Origin: Prevotella sp.
Lineage (GTDB): Bacteria > Bacteroidota > Bacteroidia > Bacteroidales > Bacteroidaceae
NCBI GenBank assembly: GCA_017615355.1
Contig: JAGAAJ010000002.1
Location: 1,646 to 65,645, forward strand
Reading direction: 5' to 3'
Length of the DNA: 64,000 bases
Below the pieces are notes generated by a model that had not been told where the DNA came from, made no database searches, and saw only the letters and a program-made list of their open reading frames with translations. Positions 1-8,083 of this stretch are shown here, piece by piece; the first letter of the stretch is position 1, and each line of letters opens with the position of its first letter. Position numbers and translations under genes: made by a program.

Positions 1-364
1 CGGTACTCTTGCGGTCGCCGAAGTAGGCGGTGCCGCCATTGCTGAAGAGCACAGGGCTGACGACGTCGAGCTCGGGGATGCTTTGCTTCAGACGGGCCAC
101 ATCGTTGTAGTCCATCTCCCATGAGCGCCCCTTGCGGAAACCCTTGTATGCCTTGGTCGTAGGCTGTGCCCACACCATGGCGGAGTTGGTGGCGAAACCC
201 TCGAAGTTCTTGTTCAGCAACTCCTTCAGACCGTTGCCGCCGCCAATGAGCGCGACGAGCATAAAGACGCCCCAGAAGATGCCGAAACCCGTGAGGAAGC
301 TCCTTGACTTGTTGCGAGTCAGGGTGTCGAGGATTTCGCGGTATGAATCTAAATCTATTCGCAT
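1..364 (-). CDS. ABC transporter permease (MacB/FtsX-like), 5' part; runs off the window start
   Basis: Manual translation from CAT at 362-364 gives MRIDLDSYREILDTLTRNKSRSFLTGFGIFWGVFMLVALIGGGNG, paralogous to the adjacent permease N-terminus. Confidence 0.85.
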   Translation of the reverse strand, partial: MRIDLDSYREILDTLTRNKSRSFLTGFGIFWGVFMLVALIGGGNGLKELLNKNFEGFATNSAMVWAQPTTKAYKGFRKGRSWEMDYNDVARLKQSIPELDVVSPVLFSNGGTAYFGDRKST

Positions 365-370
365 GATATT

Positions 371-402
371 CTAGTATTTCTAGTCTTCCTAGTATGACTA
401 GT
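371..402. repeat. 9-bp-period CTAGT tandem repeat
   Basis: ctagtattt ctagtcttc ctagtatga ctagt; a similar array lies at 32074-32114. Confidence 0.7.
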
Positions 403-406
403 TGCT

Positions 407-1693
407 TTAGTCTGCCCTCAATGCTTCAATGGGACGGATGCGACTGGCCTTGAAGGCGGGAATAAGACCGGCGAAGGTGCCAGCGATGACCATCACGAGC
501 GTGGCCTCGATGCAGACGTCGATGCCGACGGTGGGGTTGAGGAACATCGAGGCCTTGAACAGGCCGGCGTCCACCTTCGTATGGCCGATGGTGGCGTCCA
601 TCCACTCGTTGGCGGCGACACCCAGCACCATTCCGATATATCCGAAGAAGGTGGTGATGATGACGCTCTCGACGATGATCAGCTTCAGGATGCTCCAGGG
701 CTTGGCGCCGATGGCCTTGCGGATGCCAAACTCATGGGTGCGCTCGCGAACGGTGATAAGCATGATGTTCGAGACACCGACGATGCCGCTGAGCAACGTG
801 AAGAGTCCGATGATCCAGAGGGCGGTGCGGATGATACCGATGCCGGTCTCCATCTCTAAGCTCTGTGTGTAGCGGTTCCACAGCCATACGGCACTCTCAT
901 CGTCGGGATGCGCCTGATGGGCAGTATTCAGCCGGGCACGGTAGTCTTTCTCGAAGGCCTCGTTGGCGGCCTCCGTCGGCAGTCCGTGGAAGGTGAACTC
1001 GATGCGGCCGGCATCATCGGTGTTGGCACCATAGATACTCTTGATGGCCGTGTAGCTTGAGAAGGCGTTGGCCCGGCCGTTCTCGTTCTCCTTGTAGATG
1101 CCCACCACCTGGAAGGCGAAGTTGCCCAGCTTGACATGCTGGCCGATGAGGGTCCCCTCCTGCTTTGTTTGTTGCGACTGAGTCGCAACAGACGGGACGG
1201 CGAGCAGCTCCTTCGCCTGTTTGTTGCTCAGCACGAGCACCTTACGTTTCTCACGGATATCAATGTCGTTGATAAAGCGGCCGTGGAGCATCTCCACCTT
1301 GTCAATCTTGTTGTGGTTGGGATAGACACCGCTCACCTGCGCACTAATATATTGCTGGCCCAGACTGATGATGCCTGTAGTGCTGTATTGCGCACCCACC
1401 TCATCCACGTGGTCTGTAAACTCGCTGGCGGTAATCCTCATGTCACTCTCGTGCAGGCGGATGTCGCGGCCCTCTTTCAGGCCTTGGTAGGGCATCGACG
1501 TCTCGCCGCCGAAGACCACCATCGAACTGGAGAGGAAGCGGTTGTTCTGCTCCACCGATGCATTGATAAGACCGTTGCCGGCTCCCAATAGTACGATGAG
1601 CATGAAGATGCCCCACGCCACGGCGAAGCCCGTCAGCGTTGTACGCAGCTTGTTGCGTCGTGCCGTCTGCCAGATTTCATTCAATAACTCCAT
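407..1693 (-). CDS. ABC transporter permease (MacB/FtsX family)
   Basis: Start at MELLNEIW (CAT 1691-1693); N-terminal TM, periplasmic domain, GIVGVSNIMLITVRERTHEFGIRKAIGA and PIEALR motifs. Confidence 0.92.
   Translation of the reverse strand: MELLNEIWQTARRNKLRTTLTGFAVAWGIFMLIVLLGAGNGLINASVEQNNRFLSSSMVVFGGETSMPYQGLKEGRDIRLHESDMRITASEFTDHVDEVGAQYSTTGIISLGQQYISAQVSGVYPNHNKIDKVEMLHGRFINDIDIREKRKVLVLSNKQAKELLAVPSVATQSQQTKQEGTLIGQHVKLGNFAFQVVGIYKENENGRANAFSSYTAIKSIYGANTDDAGRIEFTFHGLPTEAANEAFEKDYRARLNTAHQAHPDDESAVWLWNRYTQSLEMETGIGIIRTALWIIGLFTLLSGIVGVSNIMLITVRERTHEFGIRKAIGAKPWSILKLIIVESVIITTFFGYIGMVLGVAANEWMDATIGHTKVDAGLFKASMFLNPTVGIDVCIEATLVMVIAGTFAGLIPAFKASRIRPIEALRAD
1165..1195. repeat. REP-like palindrome inside the permease CDS
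   Basis: ttgtttGTTGCGACTgAGTCGCAACagacgg; 29/31 identical to the intergenic copy at 30477-30507. Confidence 0.8.
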
Positions 1694-2336
1694 CTTTGAT
1701 GCGGATGATACGGTTGGTTTGTTCGGCCACGGTAGGGTCGTGGGTGACGATGATCTGTGTGATATGCTCCTGCGCATTGAGGTCCTTCAACAGCTGCATC
1801 ACCTCGACAGAGGTTTTCGAGTCGAGGGCACCTGTAGGCTCATCGGCGAGGATGATCTTCGGCTTCGTGATCAGCGCACGGGCAATGGCCACACGCTGGC
1901 GCTGGCCGCCACTCATCTCGTTGGGATAATGACCGGCCCAGTCCAGTAGTCCCAGTCTTTCCAGATACTCCAGGGCCAAGGTGTGGCGCTTGCGACGACT
2001 GACGCCCTGATAGAAGAGGGGCAGCTCGACGTTCTCAACGGCGGTCTTGAAACCGATGAGATTAAAACTCTGGAAGATGAAACCGATCATCTTATTGCGA
2101 TACTCAGCGGCCTTGCGTTCTGAGAGATTCCAGATGCGCACGCCGTTGAGCTCGTAGATGCCCTCGTCGTAGTTGTCGAGGATGCCGAGGATATTCAGCA
2201 GCGTGCTCTTTCCTGAGCCCGAGGCTCCCATGATGCTGACGAACTCGCCCTCGTTGATGTCGAGGTTGATGCCCTTCAGCACGTGCAGCGGCTGCGCACC
2301 CTGGTAGGTCTTATTGACGTTTTCTAAGTGAATCAC
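1677..2336 (-). CDS. ABC transporter ATP-binding protein (LolD/MacB-like)
   Basis: Walker A GASGSGKS, signature MSGGQRQR, Walker B IILADEPTGALD. Confidence 0.95.
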   Translation of the reverse strand: MIHLENVNKTYQGAQPLHVLKGINLDINEGEFVSIMGASGSGKSTLLNILGILDNYDEGIYELNGVRIWNLSERKAAEYRNKMIGFIFQSFNLIGFKTAVENVELPLFYQGVSRRKRHTLALEYLERLGLLDWAGHYPNEMSGGQRQRVAIARALITKPKIILADEPTGALDSKTSVEVMQLLKDLNAQEHITQIIVTHDPTVAEQTNRIIRIKDGVIE

Positions 2337-2390
2337 TTGAATGATGAATTACGAATTATAAATTATGCATTATGCATTATGAACTATGAA

Positions 2391-2750
2391 CTATCTATTG
2401 AGATGCTGCCAAGTGCCCACGACATCCTCGATGCCCAGGCCCAGCAGGTTCATCTGCCGGAAGAGCTCTGGCAACTGCTGCTCCAGAAAAACCTTGCGGC
2501 GCTGCTTCAGAATCTGCTCGCGGGCACCAGGCGTGACATAGTAGCCCAAGCCGCGCTTATTATAGATAATGTTCTCGCGCGAAAGCTGTTCGTAGGCCTT
2601 CACCGCCGTGTTAGTATTCACCTCCAGCATCACGGCATACTCGCGCACCGACGGTATGCGCTCGTCGTCCTGGTAGGTCTGCACCAGGATCTCGTCGCAC
2701 AGGCGGTCGGCCATTTGCTGAAAGATGGGTTTGTCGCTGTTGAACATCAT
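2391..2750 (-). CDS. GntR family (YtrA subfamily) transcriptional regulator
   Basis: KPIFQQ...RIPSVREYAVMLEVNTNTAVKAYEQL...RGLGYYV wHTH with a short C-terminus. Confidence 0.92.
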   Translation of the reverse strand: MMFNSDKPIFQQMADRLCDEILVQTYQDDERIPSVREYAVMLEVNTNTAVKAYEQLSRENIIYNKRGLGYYVTPGAREQILKQRRKVFLEQQLPELFRQMNLLGLGIEDVVGTWQHLNR

Positions 2751-3574
2751 AGGTTGAACCATTTATGCTGGACTAACTGCAGACGGCAGAAAAGTCTGTA
2801 ACTGAGCCAGACGTTAAACACAGTGAAAGCTGTGAGAATGAGGCTGACGATGAACTCAAACGTTTCCAACGACATTGTCTTGAACCACGGTGTAAGAAAA
2901 CTTTTGATATTATCCTCGCCAATCATCACTCCAATATAGAAGAATAGCGTTCCGAGCACGATGCCTACCACCACAAGCGACACAGTGGTCCAAATGAACG
3001 GACGCTGATGGAAGAACACGCCACCCAGTACAAAGAGGCTGAATATCCAACAATTGTTGACAATCATGAAAAAGTCGTTGAAGAGATTGAGATTTTCGCC
3101 GTTCAAATTAATATGTATATTAAGGCCAAGAAACGAAAGACCTGACACAATGTTTTCATGACCAGCAATCAGCTCCAAAAGCATACGCAAACCAGTAGCA
3201 GCAACAATAGCTACATATAGGAGTACGGGCATGAATATGCAGCAGTAGATGATTCGGGCAAAGAACTTCTCAGTGTTCGAGGCAGGCAGCATCAGCGCCG
3301 TAGTGCGCTGTTGTCTGGTGCGGGCGTTACCCAACACACCGCTACAATAATAGAGCCACATGAAGCTAAAGATGGCATCGCAGGTCATCATGCCTGCATT
3401 GGTGGGTCCGGTTCCCAACCCACGTGACAAGTCGAAGATGGTGAAGCACGAAAAGAGCTGGATGGCCAGGAAGGCAACGGTGAAGGCCACTGCAGTGGTG
3501 AATACGCTCTTTTTCTCGGAGATAACATTCCACTTCAGCACTTGCCAGAAGCGGTTCATATCAAAGTTTTTCAT
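2747..3574 (-). CDS. membrane protein, probable ABC-2 type permease
   Basis: About 6 hydrophobic segments, LMLPASNTEKF motif, 4-bp overlaps with both neighbours. Confidence 0.75.
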   Translation of the reverse strand: MKNFDMNRFWQVLKWNVISEKKSVFTTAVAFTVAFLAIQLFSCFTIFDLSRGLGTGPTNAGMMTCDAIFSFMWLYYCSGVLGNARTRQQRTTALMLPASNTEKFFARIIYCCIFMPVLLYVAIVAATGLRMLLELIAGHENIVSGLSFLGLNIHINLNGENLNLFNDFFMIVNNCWIFSLFVLGGVFFHQRPFIWTTVSLVVVGIVLGTLFFYIGVMIGEDNIKSFLTPWFKTMSLETFEFIVSLILTAFTVFNVWLSYRLFCRLQLVQHKWFNL

Positions 3575-4416
3575 TTTACAAGTCCTTTCGTTACAGCGTT
3601 AAACAACATTTCAAGATTTACAACGGTTTCAGCCTCGCCCTGTTCGCGGCGGGCCATGACGATATTGCCCTGCAGCGACGGCTCAGCGTAGATGATGGTG
3701 TCGTCGAGCTGTCCGCTGGGGCGCACCTCAAAGACATACTTGTCGGTGATGTCGGCAACAGAGGCGTTGAGCTGCATTCCCTCCTCGGAGAGGATGAGGA
3801 TATGGTCGAGCAACTGTTCCACGTCGTGCACCTGGTGGGTGCTGACGATGATGAGACGGTCGTCGGCCATGCATTGTGCCACTACCTTGCGGAACTGGCT
3901 CTTCGAGGGGATGTCAAGGCCGTTGGTGGGCTCGTCCATCAGCAGCAGACGGGTGTTGGCGGCCAGGGCGACACTCATGTAGGCCTTCTTCTTCTGGCCC
4001 ATCGACAACTGACCGAGGTTCATCTGCGTAGGCAGTTCGAAAGCCTCCAAGCAGCTGTTCAGCATTTCGCGGTTGAAACGAGGGTAGAAGGGCAACAGCA
4101 ACTGCACATATTCGTCGAGTGAGATGGCAGGCAGCTCGAAGTCCTCTGAGACAATGAACATATCGCTCAGCACTTCGGGCAGGCGCTTGTAGGTTGCAAT
4201 GTTATTGTCGCCTGCTGCTTCGCTTGTCGAAGAACACACAGAACCCTCCTGCGGGCGCAGCAGTCCGGCGATGAGGTGCAACAAGGTGGACTTGCCTGTT
4301 CCGTTCTTGCCCAAGAGACCATAGATGCAGCCTTCATTCAACGAAAGGCTGAAATTGCTAAGCACTGGCTTTTTCTGGCCAGGATAGCGATAGGAAATGT
4401 TGTTGATGTTGATCAT
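3571..4416 (-). CDS. ABC transporter ATP-binding protein (YtrB-like)
   Basis: GKNGTGKS, LSMGQKKK, LLMDEPTNGLD. Confidence 0.93.
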   Translation of the reverse strand: MININNISYRYPGQKKPVLSNFSLSLNEGCIYGLLGKNGTGKSTLLHLIAGLLRPQEGSVCSSTSEAAGDNNIATYKRLPEVLSDMFIVSEDFELPAISLDEYVQLLLPFYPRFNREMLNSCLEAFELPTQMNLGQLSMGQKKKAYMSVALAANTRLLLMDEPTNGLDIPSKSQFRKVVAQCMADDRLIIVSTHQVHDVEQLLDHILILSEEGMQLNASVADITDKYVFEVRPSGQLDDTIIYAEPSLQGNIVMARREQGEAETVVNLEMLFNAVTKGLVK

Positions 4417-4442
4417 GATGCTATATTATAATAATGTGTATC

Positions 4443-4499
4443 GGTGTTATACTTTAATAGTACACTGCAAAAGTAGATAATCTAAAGCGCTCACGCAAA
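4443..4499 (-). promoter_or_regulatory. Bacteroidota promoter with a YtrA-type operator
   Basis: Minus strand: TTTG (4499-4496), 20 nt, TACTTTTG (4475-4468), then the imperfect palindrome AGTGTA-ctattaaagtat-AACACC (4466-4443). Confidence 0.7.
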
Positions 4500-4611
4500 T
4501 TTTTCAGCCAGAAAATGAATTTTCTTAACTCTTTTTAAGAAAACGGACGTTCCACAGCCTCTATTCTGCACTTCATACTGATTTTGGGGCTCATCATCGT
4601 AGTTTTTATAT

Positions 4612-4696
4612 TGTTCCCAGAAAAATCCCAAGGCCTGGGACAAAAATCCCAGCGCCTGGGACAAAAGTCCCAAGCCTTGGGATTTTTCTGGGAACA
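4612..4696. repeat. 85-bp palindromic repeat element (tcccaaggcttggga family, 21-bp period)
   Basis: Perfect 23-bp terminal inverted repeats tgttcccagaaaaatcccaaggc / gccttgggatttttctgggaaca; related copy at 29235-29314. Confidence 0.85.
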
Positions 4697-4749
4697 GTCA
4701 AAAACAGAGTGTGTAGTTGCCTACCCGTGGTAAGGGTACATGGACGTGG

Positions 4750-6456
4750 TCAGCTGCCAATGTTCACAACCCGCGAACAATAGTCGACGGCGGCCATGCG
4801 ATGGGTGACGATGATGACGGTGCGCTGCTGGTTGTCCAGCAGGTTGTGAAGGACGCGGCGCTCAGTATCGGCATCCAATGCGCTGGTGGCTTCATCGAGC
4901 AGGATGATGCTACCTGGTCGCAAGAGGGCACGTGCAATGGCCAGCCGTTGTGCCTGTCCTTCGCTCAGTCCCCCACCCTGCTCTGAGAACTCGGTATCAA
5001 CACCCTCGGGCAGGTCGAATACGAACTCGGCACAGGCGATGCGCAAAGCCTCGTTCATCTGCTCGTCGGTGGCATCAGGATTGGCCAATAAAAGATTCTG
5101 ACGCAACGTACCGCTCAGCAGCGTGTTACCCTGTGGAACATAGACAAAATTGCAGCGGTGGCAGGGCTTGAGCTCCTCACTCCATGTTGCATTGGAATCC
5201 TTGCTTTCCGAATCATCCGGACTCCCATAAATGACAATCTTACCTTCAGAAGGCGTTATCAGGGCGAGCAGCAGACGGATAAGTGTGGTCTTGCCAGAGC
5301 CTGTGGGTCCCATCACAGCCGTGCATGTGCCCGGGGCAAAATCAAAGGAGGCATGCTGCAAGACGGACTCCTGGCCAGACGCCCCGTAGTTGAAGGTGAC
5401 ATCGTGGAACCTGATGCCGCAAGGCGAAGGCGCAGGATGCGGGACGTCCTGTTCCTCGGCGGGCATCTCATCCAGCTCCATCAGTCGCTCAGCTGCTGTG
5501 AAGACACTGACGAAGGCGGGTGCCAGACGGGTAATGTCGCGTGCAGGACCCTGGATGCGATAGACAAGCTGCAGGAATGCAGTCATGCCGCCAAAGCTCA
5601 GCGTACCAGCATGAAGTCGCAGCGCTCCCCAAAGAAAAGCAATGAGATAACCTGCCGAGAAGCCGAAATTAAGGAAGAAATTGCTGATGACAGAGAAGAG
5701 GGTGCGCCGCTTCACCCAATTGCGCAGCGTGTGCTGCTTGTCCTCCAACCTGTCGAGCATCTGCGGCTCGGCCTCCATCGTCTTCACCAGCATCCGATGC
5801 TGCATCGTCTCAGTCAGCAGACTCTGAATCTCACTATCGGTCTGCCTCACCTGACGGGAGTAGTGACGCATGTTTGACACATAGAAACGACTGATGAGGG
5901 CAAAGAAAGGCAGGATGGCAATGGTGATACACGCCAGCCACACGTCCATGCGCAAGAGGTAGAAAAAGGCACCGAAGAACATCGCCAGCGTGGAAAGGAC
6001 TGACGGCAGGGTCTCGGTGAGGAATGTCACCACCTGCTTGACATCCATCTCCAAACGGTTGATGATGTCGCCAGAATGCATCGCCTCCCTACCCTGCCAC
6101 TGCTGCCGCAGAAGACGTGCCACCAGTTGCTGTTGCATACGGTTTTGTGCCTTGATGCCAAGGATATTCTTGATCCAGACACGCGAGATACCCACGGCAA
6201 ACTCTGCCAAAATGATGACAGCCATGATGCCGATGGCCCAATAGATAGAGCCGGAGCGCACGCCCGAAGCCGTATCGATGGCACGTTGCATAGCCCAGAC
6301 GGTGAGCAGCGACAGCCCCACGCCAAAAAGACCGATACCGGCGTTGAGCGTCGCCTGCAGCCGATTTCCACGCAAAGCCTGCCACAGCCAGCGTGCAATC
6401 TCGCGCCAGTTGTATTTGCTCTCCGGCAAATGGAATAGTCTTTTAATCTTCACCAA
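4750..6456 (-). CDS. ABC exporter, fused permease/ATP-binding protein
   Basis: N-terminal TM domain; GPTGSGKT, LSEGQAQR, LLDEATSALD. Confidence 0.92.
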   Translation of the reverse strand: MVKIKRLFHLPESKYNWREIARWLWQALRGNRLQATLNAGIGLFGVGLSLLTVWAMQRAIDTASGVRSGSIYWAIGIMAVIILAEFAVGISRVWIKNILGIKAQNRMQQQLVARLLRQQWQGREAMHSGDIINRLEMDVKQVVTFLTETLPSVLSTLAMFFGAFFYLLRMDVWLACITIAILPFFALISRFYVSNMRHYSRQVRQTDSEIQSLLTETMQHRMLVKTMEAEPQMLDRLEDKQHTLRNWVKRRTLFSVISNFFLNFGFSAGYLIAFLWGALRLHAGTLSFGGMTAFLQLVYRIQGPARDITRLAPAFVSVFTAAERLMELDEMPAEEQDVPHPAPSPCGIRFHDVTFNYGASGQESVLQHASFDFAPGTCTAVMGPTGSGKTTLIRLLLALITPSEGKIVIYGSPDDSESKDSNATWSEELKPCHRCNFVYVPQGNTLLSGTLRQNLLLANPDATDEQMNEALRIACAEFVFDLPEGVDTEFSEQGGGLSEGQAQRLAIARALLRPGSIILLDEATSALDADTERRVLHNLLDNQQRTVIIVTHRMAAVDYCSRVVNIGS

Positions 6457-6487
6457 TGGCTATTGGTCAACGGTTATTGGTTTACGG

Positions 6488-7423
6488 TTATTGTCTCCCG
6501 TCTGCTCCCCACATCATCTTCTCACGCAGCGTGGAGAAGAAGTTGGCCGATGCTCGTTTCACGACACGTGCCACATACGGAGCACGGCTCAGGCGGATAG
6601 CGGTGCCTTCAGGCATTTTCGTAGAACGGCCGTCGATGGCCACGAGGAAAGTGTGACTGCGGCTGCTGACATTCAGCTCGACCACAGCATTATCCGGGAT
6701 GACGATGGGACGCACATTGAGTGAATGGGGTGCCACAGCGGTGAGCAGGAAAACACCGGTGCGCGGCACGATGATAGGGCCGCCGTTACTGAGCGAATAG
6801 GCAGTAGAGCCCGTCGGTGTCGAAACGACAAGACCGTCGGCCTGATAGGTTGTCAGGTACTCACCGTTGATGCTGGTGCGGATGCTGATCATCGAGGCGG
6901 TATCACGCTTGAGGATGGCTACATCGTTCAGCGCACAGGGACTGCCGTCGATGACGGCGCCGCCGTTTCCATTCGTCTCCACAAGGATAAGGGCACGGTC
7001 CTCTACACGATAATCACCACGATAGAGGGCATCAATGGTGGCCTCCACATCACGCGCTCCTGCATCGGCAAGGAATCCCAGGCGACCCATGTTGAAGCCG
7101 AGGATAGGCGTCTGTCTCGCCCCAACAAGACTGGCCGTCTTCAGCAAAGTACCGTCACCACCCATCGAGAGGGCGAAGTCGGCTTCGAAATCATCACCAG
7201 AAAACGTGGAAACGGAGGTTGACGGGCCAACAAGGCCTAACTGTCTGGTCAGCTCATCGGTAGACAACAGCTCGGAGCAGCAAAGGAAATCGTAATACTC
7301 CTCCTCTATCATAATACGCGCACCACGATCACGCAGGCACAACAGCACATCGCGCACAGCGACACTCTTCTCATGCTGGTAGACATTGCCGAAAAGGGCA
7401 AAAGTGAGGGTCTGGGATGACAT
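6488..7423 (-). CDS. nadK: NAD kinase
   Basis: GGDGT, GRLGFL, LND, DGLVVSTPTGSTAYSLSNGGP; start trimmed to MSSQTL. Confidence 0.95.
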   Translation of the reverse strand: MSSQTLTFALFGNVYQHEKSVAVRDVLLCLRDRGARIMIEEEYYDFLCCSELLSTDELTRQLGLVGPSTSVSTFSGDDFEADFALSMGGDGTLLKTASLVGARQTPILGFNMGRLGFLADAGARDVEATIDALYRGDYRVEDRALILVETNGNGGAVIDGSPCALNDVAILKRDTASMISIRTSINGEYLTTYQADGLVVSTPTGSTAYSLSNGGPIIVPRTGVFLLTAVAPHSLNVRPIVIPDNAVVELNVSSRSHTFLVAIDGRSTKMPEGTAIRLSRAPYVARVVKRASANFFSTLREKMMWGADGRQ

Positions 7424-7500
7424 ATTCTGACTTTTTCTTTTCTGTCTTAAAAACTTTTCGTATATTTGCAGCTGCAAAAATACGAAATTATTCTGAAACA

Positions 7501-8067
7501 ATGGCAAAAGTTTATGTTTTTCTTGCTGACGGCTTCGAAGATGTCGAGGCCCTCATTCCCATCGACGTGCTCAGAAGAGGCGGACAAGAGGTGGTAACGG
7601 TGAGCGTCATGGGCGACTCACAGGTGGTGGAATCGGCGCACGGCGTGCAAATAGTGGCCGACGCGTTGTTCGACGACGTGGTGCTCAGCGACGCCCAACT
7701 GCTACTCCTGCCAGGAGGAATGCCCGGCGCCAGCAACCTTTATGATCACGAGGAACTCGGAGAGGCACTTATCAGTCACAGTGCACGAGGCGGACTGATT
7801 GCAGCCATCTGCGCCGCTCCTGCCGTAGTGCTCGGACAGTTAGGATTGCTGAACGGACGTCGTGCCACTTGCTATCCTGGCTTTGAGAGACTGCTGGGCG
7901 GCGAATATACTGGTGAGCTGTGCACCGTTGACGGTAACTTCATCACAGCCGAAGGCCCTGCTGCAGCATTCCCCTTCGCCTATAAACTACTGGAGATTCT
8001 TGCCGGCAAGGAGGTTTCTCAGCAGATTGCCACGGGTATGCGCTATGCCCACCTGATGAACTGGTAG
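7501..8067 (+). CDS. DJ-1/PfpI (ThiJ/YajL) family protein
   Basis: ADGFEDVE, LPGGMPG, AAICAAP, ATCYPG; start at MAKVY. Confidence 0.92.
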   Translation: MAKVYVFLADGFEDVEALIPIDVLRRGGQEVVTVSVMGDSQVVESAHGVQIVADALFDDVVLSDAQLLLLPGGMPGASNLYDHEELGEALISHSARGGLIAAICAAPAVVLGQLGLLNGRRATCYPGFERLLGGEYTGELCTVDGNFITAEGPAAAFPFAYKLLEILAGKEVSQQIATGMRYAHLMNW

Positions 8068-8083
8068 GAATAATCGTAAAGGG

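Noticed and set aside
4612-4696. 21-bp-period clusters as mini-CRISPR arrays
   Set aside because: No unique spacers; the units are abutting palindromes
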